A DNA stretch of 64,000 nucleotides from a virus. Lineage: Duplodnaviria; Caudoviricetes. The notes beneath the pieces were generated by a model that saw only the letters and a list, made by a program, of their open reading frames with translations, searched no databases and was not told the origin of the DNA. The translations under genes and the position numbers were made by a program. This document shows positions 9,990-22,300 of the stretch, one piece after another. How positions within the stretch are numbered: position 1 is the stretch's first letter; each line of letters opens with the position of its first letter. Location of the stretch: positions 202,154 through 266,153 of the IMG/VR virus record IMGVR_UViG_3300002092_001784. One strand, 5' to 3'.

Positions 9990-12900
9990 ATGGGACTAAA
10001 GAAGATTTTTCATATAGCAGATATACACATACGAAATGTAAATAGACACGCTGAATACAGACAAGTTTTTGAAAAGATATTTGACGAAATCCGTAAAAGA
10101 GGAACTGATGATTCAATCATATATTTGGGAGGTGATATAGTTCATGCTAAGTTGGATTTATCACCGGAAATAATCCGTGAAGTAAGTTGGTTATTTACAG
10201 AGTGTTCTAACTTATGTACAACTATTTTAATAGCAGGAAACCATGATTGTAATATGAATAATATGGACAGGTTGGATGCACTTACTCCGATAGTAGATGC
10301 TCTAAATCTATCAAACTTTCATTATCTGCGTGATACTCAAGTTTACTCTATTGGTGGTGTTGATTTTGCAGTATTCAGTATTTTCGATAAAAGAATCAAT
10401 TGGCCAAAACCGGCAGAAATGTTTGGTAATAAGAAGATTGCTTTATTTCACGGACCTATTGATGCATCCACAACTGATGTGGGGTATGTTGTAAGTAGTA
10501 GACATTTTAAGCCAGAGATATTTGATGGGTTTGATGCTGCGTTGCTAGGTGATATACATAAAAGACAGATGATTATTTCTGAAACTGATTGTAAGATTGT
10601 ATATCCGGGTTCCCCTATTCAGCAAAATTTTGGTGAGAGTCTAAATGGGCATGGGTTTTTAGTTTGGGATTTGGATACATTTACCTATGAGGGAGTTGAT
10701 ATTCAAAATGACTATGGGTATTATACGTTGGATATTGATAATGGCGTTGTTCCTGATGTGGTGGATATACCAAAACACCCAAGGTTAAGAGTTAGATTAT
10801 CTAACACTTCTGCATCAGATACAAAACGTATAGTTACTGAAATTAAAATGAAGTATGGTGTGAATGATTTTACGATTGTTCGTACTGATTCATTTTCAAA
10901 GATGCGTTCTGGAAATCGTACTTCTAAGTTGGAATTTGATGATATAACTAATATTACCTACCAAAATGCTCTTATCACAGATTATGTTCAGAGAATGTTA
11001 CCGAACGCATCTGATTCTGATATTGCCGGATTGGAAACTATAAATACGGACATCAATGGTAGAATTTCTATGGATGATTTTCATCGAAATATAAGTTGGA
11101 AACCGATTCGATTTGAATTTGAAAATATGTTTTCCTATGGTACTGGTAATGTTGTTAATTTTGATAAGATAAGTGGGTTGATGGGATTATTTGCACCAAA
11201 TGCGCAAGGTAAATCTTCAATATTGGATGCTGTATCATTTTGTATATTCGACAAATGTAGTAGAACATTCAGAGCATCATCTATTCTTAATAACCGTGCA
11301 ACTTCTTTTTGGTGTGAATTGCAAGCAGAAATAAATGGAATTGAATACCATATCCGTAGGGAAGCAAAAACTGTTAATAAAGGTAAGAATGTAAAGGTAG
11401 ATGTTCAGTTTTGGAAAATGGAAGGTGGACAATCAGTATCATTAAATGGAACAGAACGTAGGGATACCGATTCCATAATCGAACAGTATTTTGGTAGATA
11501 TGAAGATTTTCTATTAACAGCATTATCCGTTCAAGGAAATAATGCACTTTTCATTGATAAATCACAAACAGAACGAAAGGATTTGTTGGCTCAGTTTATG
11601 GGTCTTAATATTTTTGATAAATTATATGAAACTGCAAGTGAAGATGTGAAAGAAGTAAGCACTCTTATTAAGAATTTCAAAAGAACTGATTTTACAACAG
11701 AACTCGCTGAAAAACAAATTGAATTAAAAAAGAAAAAACAGGAGTTTGGAGAACTTGACTTAAAAATTAAAGAAAAGGAACTAAGTATTGGGGAACTAAA
11801 TTCAGAAATAGTTGAACTTTCTAAAAATATTATACCGATTGATGATAATTTGGATATTGATGAATTAACTAAGAAAAAGAAAGGTATTCAATCAGAACTT
11901 ACAACTTTAACTGAAGCCAAATACACAAAAACTGAAAAATTAACCGAAACCAAACAGCAGATATTTGAAACAAGTGAAATTATAGAAAGTAAAAGTAAAT
12001 TGAATGGTATTGATATAACTACTGCAAAACAACAATGGGACAGTTATACCGATAAAATAGTAGAAATTACACATAAGATAGAATTATTAGCACAATCTAT
12101 AAGTTCTAATGTTGAAAAGTTATCTCATTTGGAAAAGCATGAATATGATCCAAATTGTAAATTCTGTATGAATAATGTATTTGTAACAGATGCGATTGCT
12201 ACTAAAGCTATTGTGGCTGAACAATATATTGAATTGGATGGGTTACGTTCGGCATCAAAATCATTCACAGATATTGCATATCCTTTTACCAATGCAAAGT
12301 CACAATGGAATGAGTGGTTAACATTAACTGAAACTAAAAAACGATTATCTACTGTTAGGGACAAGATACAATCCGAGTTAAAGAATTGTGACACTAAAGA
12401 AGAATTATTATTGCATCAATTAAAATCGGTAAATGATGATATTGATAGATACAATGATAATGAAGAATCAATTATAACCAATAAAGGTTTGAATAAACAA
12501 ATTTCTTTGATTAATGAATCACAGCGTGAGTTGGGAATTGAATTAAATGATTTGAAAAAACAGTTATTGAGAATAACGGCTGACACCGGTTCTATTAAAA
12601 CTTTTATTGATACTACAAAGGCTAAAATGAAAGAGGTAAAAGAATTGGAGATTAAAAATAGATTGTATACCTTTTATTTAGAGTCCGTCAAACGTGACGG
12701 TATTCCTTATGAATTGATTACCAAAGCATTGCCGGTTATAGAAGATGAAATAAACAACATCTTATCTCAGGTAGTTGATTTTCATATTGTGATGGATACG
12801 GATGGTAAAAACATAAACGCCAAAATAGTTTACGAAGATAATGAATGGGCTTTGGAAATGTGTAGTGGTATGGAAAAATTCATTAGTGGATTGGCAATCA

Positions 12901-13133
12901 GAGTTGCATTAATCAATATTTGTAATTTACCAAGACCTAACTTTTTGGTTATAGATGAAGGTTTTGGAACTTTGGATAGTGAAAACCTTTCATCGTTGTT
13001 TATGATGATGCAATATTTGAAAACACAATTTGATTTTATTTGGGTAATATCGCATTTGGATCAGATGCGTGATATTGTTGATGGTTTAATAGAAATTAAA
13101 AAGATTAACGGATACAGTAATATTAAATTTTAA
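9990..13133 (+). CDS. gp47-gp46: Fused Mre11/SbcD-Rad50/SbcC recombination nuclease (T4 gp47-gp46 equivalent)
   Basis: Phosphoesterase motifs DIH, GDIVH, GNHD, FHG and GDIH, then Walker A APNAQGKS, Zn-hook CKFC, signature CSGME, Walker B VIDEGFG and ISH. 9987 is a TTG and the ATG is at 9990. Confidence 0.92.
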   Translation: MGLKKIFHIADIHIRNVNRHAEYRQVFEKIFDEIRKRGTDDSIIYLGGDIVHAKLDLSPEIIREVSWLFTECSNLCTTILIAGNHDCNMNNMDRLDALTPIVDALNLSNFHYLRDTQVYSIGGVDFAVFSIFDKRINWPKPAEMFGNKKIALFHGPIDASTTDVGYVVSSRHFKPEIFDGFDAALLGDIHKRQMIISETDCKIVYPGSPIQQNFGESLNGHGFLVWDLDTFTYEGVDIQNDYGYYTLDIDNGVVPDVVDIPKHPRLRVRLSNTSASDTKRIVTEIKMKYGVNDFTIVRTDSFSKMRSGNRTSKLEFDDITNITYQNALITDYVQRMLPNASDSDIAGLETINTDINGRISMDDFHRNISWKPIRFEFENMFSYGTGNVVNFDKISGLMGLFAPNAQGKSSILDAVSFCIFDKCSRTFRASSILNNRATSFWCELQAEINGIEYHIRREAKTVNKGKNVKVDVQFWKMEGGQSVSLNGTERRDTDSIIEQYFGRYEDFLLTALSVQGNNALFIDKSQTERKDLLAQFMGLNIFDKLYETASEDVKEVSTLIKNFKRTDFTTELAEKQIELKKKKQEFGELDLKIKEKELSIGELNSEIVELSKNIIPIDDNLDIDELTKKKKGIQSELTTLTEAKYTKTEKLTETKQQIFETSEIIESKSKLNGIDITTAKQQWDSYTDKIVEITHKIELLAQSISSNVEKLSHLEKHEYDPNCKFCMNNVFVTDAIATKAIVAEQYIELDGLRSASKSFTDIAYPFTNAKSQWNEWLTLTETKKRLSTVRDKIQSELKNCDTKEELLLHQLKSVNDDIDRYNDNEESIITNKGLNKQISLINESQRELGIELNDLKKQLLRITADTGSIKTFIDTTKAKMKEVKELEIKNRLYTFYLESVKRDGIPYELITKALPVIEDEINNILSQVVDFHIVMDTDGKNINAKIVYEDNEWALEMCSGMEKFISGLAIRVALINICNLPRPNFLVIDEGFGTLDSENLSSLFMMMQYLKTQFDFIWVISHLDQMRDIVDGLIEIKKINGYSNIKF

Positions 13134-13291
13134 GAACCAACTTTCAAAACATTAGTAGGCATTTTTGTAGTTATAGATTGTTTAACAATTTTAGCTACGA
13201 AAGTGCTTATTTTTATGTCATGCTCTATACAATACAATTTCAATTCTTTATATAACTCGGTTTCTATCTGTATTGTGTTGTATTTTTTCAT
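13130..13291 (-). CDS. Small ribbon-helix-helix (CopG/Arc-like) DNA-binding protein, missed by the ORF track
   Basis: Hand translation gives MKKYNTIQIETELYKELKLYCIEHDIKISTFVAKIVKQSITTKMPTNVLKVGS (53 aa), a strand TIQI followed by two amphipathic helices. Confidence 0.75.
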   Translation of the reverse strand: MKKYNTIQIETELYKELKLYCIEHDIKISTFVAKIVKQSITTKMPTNVLKVGS

Positions 13292-13382
13292 AAAATATAT
13301 ATTCAATGAGTTTATATAGAATATATATTATAATTTCCATTTTTTGAATATTTATAAATAATCAATCGTAATATTCACAATA

Positions 13383-16300
13383 ATGGCAAGAATTAAGAAG
13401 TATTCACCAAACATAGACCCTCATCTAACAAACTATGCTACATTTATAGTAGATACAAACCCAAATTCGGATTACTTTAAGATTACCGAATTTAAGGAGG
13501 CGTTTACTGGTGGAAAGAACGGATTTTTAATTGAAGGTTCGGAACATCTATTAGAAACTACTGAAATCAAAATTGAAATTTTAGATGTAGATGGTAATCC
13601 TATATACTATGAACCTGGGCAAGGTGTTCCGGAATATTACGAAGGGTTATCCAAAGTTGTTGCCGTTTATATTTACGAAGATACTCCAATTGGGACAGCC
13701 AAAATAACAATACTTGGTGAATTAAAAACGTACAACACTAATGGTGTAGTACAAACAATTCCAGCCGAATGGCAAAATCTATACAATGTAAAATGGGAAA
13801 AAACATTCAAAGTAAATCGTTTACTTTCAAACGAAGATAAAGTACGATTCTATAAAAGACCTCAAGTACAAATTGAAGAACTTGTAAAACCGTTATATTC
13901 AACAACCTTAAATCAAATAACTCAAAATGGCATTGTTAATGGGACGCCGTTATCGCCGGTAGAAGGACAAGATTTAACCAATTACAAATTGGCAACCTTT
14001 TACAGATTGACAGCTACGGATACTACGGCTTGGACTGGCTCAATCGTTGGTACTTCATTATCATTCCCTGATATAAATTATTATCCATTAGCAGATGAGG
14101 TTATAAATACAAATGAGTTAATTGTCAGTACACCATACACCTCGGGTTCAATCGTACAATCATTTGTATCACAGAGTTATACAGCATCATTCAGTTTATT
14201 AAGTGGTATTAGTGCAAGTACTGTAACTGGTTCATTTGCTAAAATGACAATAAGTGATTTAACTACATTTGTTGGTGATGTTGCACGGGTAAAAGTATTT
14301 AGATTATCCGCATCTGATGTGGGAGACTATCAATTTGTACAAGAGGTAGTATTAGAATCAAATGAGTTACTTGTTGATTTGAATACAACAAATTCATTGC
14401 AGGAATATTATGGGATATTTACACAACCTATATTAGAAACGTATTGGGTAACCTCATCAAATAATTTGGTAACTACATTCGATCAAAGTTATCTTTATGA
14501 TTCGGCAAGATTCAATGGGACCGATATACCTAACTATTTTTATACAGTTGATACCATACCTATTACGGCTGGTGTTGAATACACATTAGATTTTAATGTA
14601 AGATTATCTCAAAATGTTTCATCAAGTTATTATATATCCGCATTTTTAAGCGGTTCTCGTCAAACTACTGTAAATGGTATTCCAACCACAATTCAGATAA
14701 ACCAACCGATAGCAACCATAAACTCATCGGATAGTTTACTTCAGAAAAGTACAAGTACAAGCAATATAAATGCGGAAAGCATTGATAATGCAAAATTGTA
14801 TTTTGAAATAGTTGGTAGTGGGTGGTATATAGCTAATGTTAGTTTTAAGGCATCCCAAGAAACAGCATTTTCGCCTGATGTGATAAGTTTTATCCAATCC
14901 GTACCAAGAAGTTTACCAACTGAAACTTTTAATTATCGTTTTGAGTTTTACGATATAAATAACAATTATATCCCTGTTAAAGTAGAAGCATCAAAAACTT
15001 TTACCGGTGGTAATCAGCAGGCGTTAACAAAAACATTACGGTTACTACCAAATAATTTATATTTCCAATTCGATTCGGCATCAAAGGCAGTTCCACCGAC
15101 TACAATTAACTTTAACATACAATCAACCGGTATTACCAGCTCTTTCAATTATACATCTCGATCATTTGATATATCGGGATTTCCGGTATCACAATCATTG
15201 TATATCGGAGGACAGTATCCGGGATTATTACAATTTGATAGTTCATCGAACGCATACCTAACCGTAGGTAATTTTACGGGATCGAATCCAGCCGTCAGTG
15301 TACAGTATATTGAATATACGGTAGAATCCGAAGGTGTGACAGATAGTACTGTAATTACTAAAATGGTTTCGGGTGCATCTGGTCTTCCGGGTGCAGATGG
15401 TGCGCCTGCTGTAACATATACGATTAGACCATATAATGGAACGGCAATTAGAAATAGTAGTACTGCAAGTTTAGAAGTACAGGCAGTAAAAACAATCGGT
15501 TCTGCTGATATTCTATTAAGTAGTACTGCGATTGATAATGCTGGAATTGTTAAATTACACGTATTATCTGGCTCAAAATATATTCCATTAGATAGTGCAT
15601 CTGCGGCGGGTTATGTTGTGGGGTTAAAAACGGGTTCTATTGGAACGCATGAAATAAATTACAATCCAATATTTTACAGAGAATCAATTACAAATGAGAT
15701 AGTTTTGTATCTTATGCCTGCTTCGGCAAATCCATTACCTTCTCAAATTTATACATCATTAACACTTCAAGACCTGCAAGATGGATTGAATCCCGGTTCT
15801 TTATCCACAACGGGAGATATGCTTACGAGTGATTATACGGTATCAACTGTATTTTCCCCAACAAAGGGTGCAGCAACTGCATCTTTCTTTCTGAGAGGAA
15901 CTACAACCAATCCAATAGTGGCATGTGTGGATGTATATCCATCTATGTCATATGATAGTAACTTTTTACCGAGATATTGGTTATATTATACAACAGGAAG
16001 TGTGAATCCTACTATTTCCGTTCAAGCGGTGGACGATAATAAAAATATTGTTCAAATGGGTGCACTGGGATCATATACTGCTGATTTGGCAAAACAAAGT
16101 AAAAATATATCATTTACATTTACTTATACAGAACCATATACACAGGCAACAGCAACCGCTAATAAAACATTTACAATCGTACCATCGGCAAGAGCGGGAT
16201 ACGATGCAGTTTCATTTGAATTAACACCACCAACCATTGTGTTAAATGCGGACGCGAAAGGTAATATATTGGATTATTCGCCTACTATTACAGATTTGAG

Positions 16301-19300
16301 AGTAAAGCAAGGTGTTAATTACCTAACATTTACAGGTTCTGGCGCAGGGGGGACATTTTATACATCAAGTGCAATCACTTCGGTTAACATAACTAAAGGT
16401 ACACTATCATCATCTACCGCATCTTTACATTTGGGAGTGGCATCTAATTCTACAAAATTAAGTGGTAGTATAACATATCCGATAACATATCATCCATTCT
16501 TTACACAATCATCGTACACTACTACAATTACACAACCAATTAGTACGGTATTGGCAGGTGCGCCACCTATTAATATTATAGTATCGCCATCCGCATATAA
16601 TTTTACTGGAGATCAAAATGGTGTTATTAATAATTATACGGGCTCAAACACTAAAATACAAATACAAGAAGGTACTGATTATTTAGTATATACCACAACT
16701 CCTGGGCCGGGAACATTTCAACTAAGTTCTGCCACATTTAATAATATTACAGCATCTTCTATTGTGGGAAGTGGTAACACTGTAAATGTAACGGGATTTT
16801 CAAATATGAATCCGTTAATAACAACCGCAAGTGTTAATTACAATTTTGTGGTACATCCATATTCGATATACCCCGGATATTCGATTGGTACATCTTCATT
16901 GAGTACAACTCAAATATTTACTCGTGTTAATGCAGGTCCTACTGGTAGTTCGGGAACGTCTGGAGCCGATCCTGTTGTAATTACTATTAATCCAACTACG
17001 GTAGTATTAGGTGCAGACCCGATGGGTGTTGTAACTGGTTCTGGGTATTTGCCAACGGTAACTGATATTACATTGATGCAGGGAACTCGTTATCTTGCAT
17101 TTACATCATCTAAACAAACCGGTTCGTTTTATACTTCTAGCGCAATTGTTGGGGCAGGTATCACCGTAGGACAATTATCGGGTTCATATACGGCTTCACT
17201 ACATTTGGGTACGGCATCGTTAATGGTTACCGGTAGTTCACTTACGGCAAGTATTACATATCCTTTGGTAATTTATCCATATAATTCATCATCATATACA
17301 ACAACTGTAACTCAACAAATTACAAAAGCCGTACAAGGTGGGTATCCAATAACTGTAAATCTTAATCCTACTGCCGTTTCACTTCCTGCTGATTATACTG
17401 GACATATAACAGATTATACACCGGCAAATACTCAAATAACCGTAACTGAAGGGCCTCACTCATCAGTATTTACTGCAAGTGGAGCACCCGGTACTTTCCA
17501 AATGTTGGCGGCAATAGCAGATGGGTGGTCATCGTATCCAAGTCCTGCTGTTGGTGATAATACACTTACTGCAAGTTATAGTGGCTCTACGGCAACTGGA
17601 AATTGGGTAATGGCTGATAATATTGATGCAGCATCTATAAATTATCTTATGTTGGTGTATCCATATTCATTAACATCATATGCCACTCTTGTATCAAAAA
17701 CTCAAACATTTAGTAAGAGTAAGGCCGGTGCAGCCGGTGTGTCTGGTACGAGTGGAAATTCTGCAAAAACATTAATGTTGAGTGCTACTTCTCAGATATT
17801 TACAAAATCTAAGACGGGTACGATTTCACCATCAGCAATTGGATTTACAGCTAAAAAACAAAATTTAACAGGCACAACTACATTTCAATCAAATCCTAGT
17901 GGATTACTATCATCGATTGTGGGTGATACTGCTGTTTTAACTTCTACCGATTTTGGATCAAATACATCGGTTGCAATAACCGCATCCGTAGTTGATGGCG
18001 CAACTACTTATTATGATTATATGACGGTTGCTTTGGTTTCTGATGGTGGTAACGCACTTACTGCGGTTTTATCAAATGAGGCAGTAGGTATTCCGGCGGA
18101 TTATTCTGGTAATGTTTTAAGTTATAATGGATCGGGTACTGTTATTTATTTATATGAAGGATCAACTCAATTAGATTATACGGCATCAAACTCGTTTAAT
18201 AATGGTAGTTGGACGGTAAGTGCAGCATCGGTTGGAATTAATGATGCAGTTATAACCGATACGGGAACAACTGCTACCGTTTCCGATTATACGCAAATGG
18301 GATATGGTATTAACAACGCAACTGTAACTTTTACGATTACCGGTAGAACTCAAAATGGTTCATTATTTTCAGCATTAAGTAAAACTCAAGTTATAACAAA
18401 AGTATTACAAGGAATTTCTGCTAAGAATTTATCAATAAATGCTTCTTCGTTTACATTTAGTAGTAATGCAGTTGGTGCAGTTACACCGACATCAATTTTG
18501 TTTTCAGCAACTAAACAAAATATAACAGCACCTGTAACATATACATCCGTGCCATCGGCAACTTTTACAAATTTGGTAAATGATACGGCTACATTAACTT
18601 ATAGTAATTTTAGTTCAGCAGTTGGTTCTGCTACATCATTGATTGTTACTGCCTCTTGTACGGATGGGGCTGTTACCTATTATGATTACACAACAATTAG
18701 TTTGATAAAGGATGGTACGAATACATTAACACCTGTATTATCAAACGAAGCAGTGGCAATACCCGTTGATTCTAGTGGTAATGTTATTAGTTACGCTGGT
18801 ACTGGAACTCAACTTTATGTATATCAGGGTACAACTCCATTAAATTATGTACTACAATTTCCAACGGCATCGGGGTATTGGACAGCAGTACCGATTGGAA
18901 CTAATATTATAGTATCATCGGGAGTATCAGGCGATATTTCCGCAAGTTATGCGGATTATAGTGGATTAACCGTAGGTGCTACTGGGGCTACTGTTAATTT
19001 TATTATTTCTGGGACAGGATTGAACGGAAGCAGTTTCAGTGGGTTATCAAAACTACAAACAATCGCAACTGTAAAATCAGGAACAAGCGGTACGGCAGGT
19101 AGTAGTGGTACAGCAGGTAGTAGTGGTACAGCAGGTAGTAGTGGTACAGCAGGTTTATCGGGTAGGGTTTTAAGATTAACAACACCATCGCAAGTGTTTA
19201 CCAAATTAAAGACCGGTGTAATTACACCAACTTCTATATCACTAACTGCCATTCCACAAAATATAGTAGGTACATCTGCATATGCCACATTCTATTCATC

Positions 19301-22300
19301 ATCGGTAGTACCTGCTGGACCAATGAGTGTTGTAGGAAATGTAGCAACAATTACTTCTGCAAACTTCACAGGAAGTTCTGGTACAAACGCATCTATGATT
19401 GTTACGGCATCTATGTACGATACCACAACTTTAACTACCTATTCGGATTATATGACCGTTGCTTTGGTTACGGAAGGTAGTGATGCTATTACAGCAGTAC
19501 TTTCAAACGAAGCAGTTGCATTTGCATCCGATATAAACGGTACTATTTCTCCTGCAAATTATGCTGGCAGTGGTACGAAAATATATGTATATCAGGGAGC
19601 AACTCAATTAGATTATACCGGCTCATCACCTACTGCAAGTTCATGGACTACGGTAGCTACTGTAAATGGTATAAATTCGCCAGTTATCACCGATGGTGGA
19701 ACTTTTGCGGTTATAGCTGATTATACATCTATGACTTCTGATGCAGCAAGCGCTTCATTTGCAATAACCGGTTACGGACAAAATGGAAGTAGTTTCTCAC
19801 CAATTACAAAAATTCAATCTTTTGTAAAGGCAAAATCGGGAACGAATGGTACGGCAGGTAGTAGTGGTACTGCTGGTTTATCGGGTAGAGTTTTAAGATT
19901 GGCATCCCCATCCCAAGTCTTTACCAAATTAAAGACCGGTGCAATTACACCAACCTCAATAACATTAACTGCTAATACACAAAACATAGCAGGTACAAAT
20001 AGTCCTTCGGGTTTGGCGGGAAAGACTCTGACATTGACGTCTGGAACAGTACCTCAGATATTTACTAAAACGGGTACAACACTTTCACCAACACAAATGG
20101 TTCTCACCGCAAATCCGCAAAATATAGTAAGTGCGTCTGGTACTTTTGTAACATTCACAACTTCATCGGTTGGTTCGGCTGGGCCGTTAACTATTGTAGG
20201 AAACGTAGCAACACTACCATCGGCATCAATGGGGGCTAATACATATATGGGTATTACTGCTTCAATGTATGATATTACAACGGGCGCAACTTATTCGGAT
20301 TACATAACAGTGCCTGTTGTTGTCAGTAGTGCTACTACAATTACACCAGTACTTACAAATGAATACCATTTAGTTCCTGTTGATAATAATGGTGGTGTTA
20401 TAAGTTTGGCAGGTAGTGGTACATCAATATATGTGTATCAGGGTGCAACGGCATTAACATATGTTACGGGCCCAACCACTGCAAATGGACAATGGACTAT
20501 GACAGCAGTTGCAAACGGTGTATCTTCACCCGTTATTGGTGGAAGTGGTACTACTTTCGCTACAATTGGTCAGTATTCATCAATGACAGCAAATACCGCT
20601 ACTGTTACCTTTACAATATCAGGAAAACAATCTGGAGGTACAGCATTTGGTCCGATTACAAAAACACAAACACTTCTACAAGTAAAATCGGATATATCGG
20701 ATGTTGCCACATTCACATTTTCTTCAATTACACCTGCCGGTCCGTTGAATATTATTGGAAACAATGCAACAATTACTTCCGCAAATTTCACAGGAAGTGC
20801 CGGTAATAATACTGCTATGGTTGTGACTGCTTCAATTTATGATACGGCTACCAATTCCAACTATTACGATTATATGACCGTTGCTTTGGTTAATGAAGGT
20901 ACAGATGGTATTACGGCAGTACTTTCAAACGAAGCACAAACATTCGCATCTGATATAAACGGTAATGTACTTGCCTCTAGTTTTGTTGGGAGTGGTACGA
21001 ACATTTATGTATATCAGGGAGCAACACAGTTACAATATACTGGTTCATCACCTACCGCAAGTTCATGGACTGTAGTAGCTACTCCAACCGGCATGAGTAC
21101 TCCATCGATTACAGATGGTGGAACTTTTGCGGTTGTGGCTGATTATACATCTATGACATCAACAGCAGATTCTGCTAGTGTTTCATTTGCAATAACCGGA
21201 TATGGTCAGAATGGAAGTAGTTTTTCACCGATTACAAAAATACAATCATTTACAAAAGCAAGGTCTGGTACGAACGGAACGGCAGGAACAGCAGGAACGG
21301 CAGGTGCAAATGCAGTTGTTATAACGATGACACCACCTGCACAAAGTGTACCATACAGTAGTAGTTATGGTACTCCAGTCACAGTACAAGTATCAGTTGT
21401 GGAAAACGGAACGGCATATACACCAACTACTGCAAATCCACTAACTGTAAATTCAACATATAGAATTACCGCAGTAAGTGGGTGTACTGTTAATGCGGTA
21501 ACTGGTGTAGTAACACCAACAACACCATCTGCATTGACAGGAACTACTGCTGTTTTTTCTGTTCAATACAGAGATAGTAAAGGTATTATTTCCGGAACAA
21601 TTAACCAAACACATATTGTTACCGTAGTTCCTAGTGGTGATCCGGGACCGGGTGTTGTTTATAGGGGTGCATATGTATCTACGGTTGTATATTATTACAC
21701 ACCGACCCGTAGAGATGTTGTTTCATATGGTGGGGTATATTATTTGGCAAATAATACAGCTAAAAGTGGTACTAACGGTTGGGCAACTCCAACTGGTACG
21801 GGTGATTGGGCTAATTTTGGTGCAACGTTTACATCTGTTGCTACTGATATTCTTTTTGCACAAGATGTATATGCAAATCGAACAATTAATATTGGGGCAA
21901 GTGGTGCAACTCCAGTAATTGCATTAAATTCCGATAATGCTGGTGCTGGCGCAAACCCATCTATTAGAATTAGTAATAGCGGATACAATACAACTGGGAT
22001 TTTCATAGGATATGATTTAACTGTTCCAAAGTTATCATTAAAGAGTGCTGGTGGTAGCTACTTAACATGGGATAATTCTTCTTTAACCATAAGTGGTAGT
22101 ATAACTGCTACAAATGGTACGGTTGGGGGTTGGACAATTGGTTCAACTGCATTACAATCACCGGCCGTAAGTCCTAAAGCAGTACTAACCGCAGGTTCTA
22201 CACCATCATTATCATTAGGACAATCAACTATTGGATATGGTAATGTTGGTGTGTTTTTAGGTTATACTGGAACTATTGCACAATTATCATTATCTGGTTC

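Noticed and set aside
18956-19288. Minus-strand ORF inside the tail fibre gene, and similar shadows such as 51137..51475
   Set aside because: They are fully nested antisense frames over repetitive coding DNA with no independent signals.
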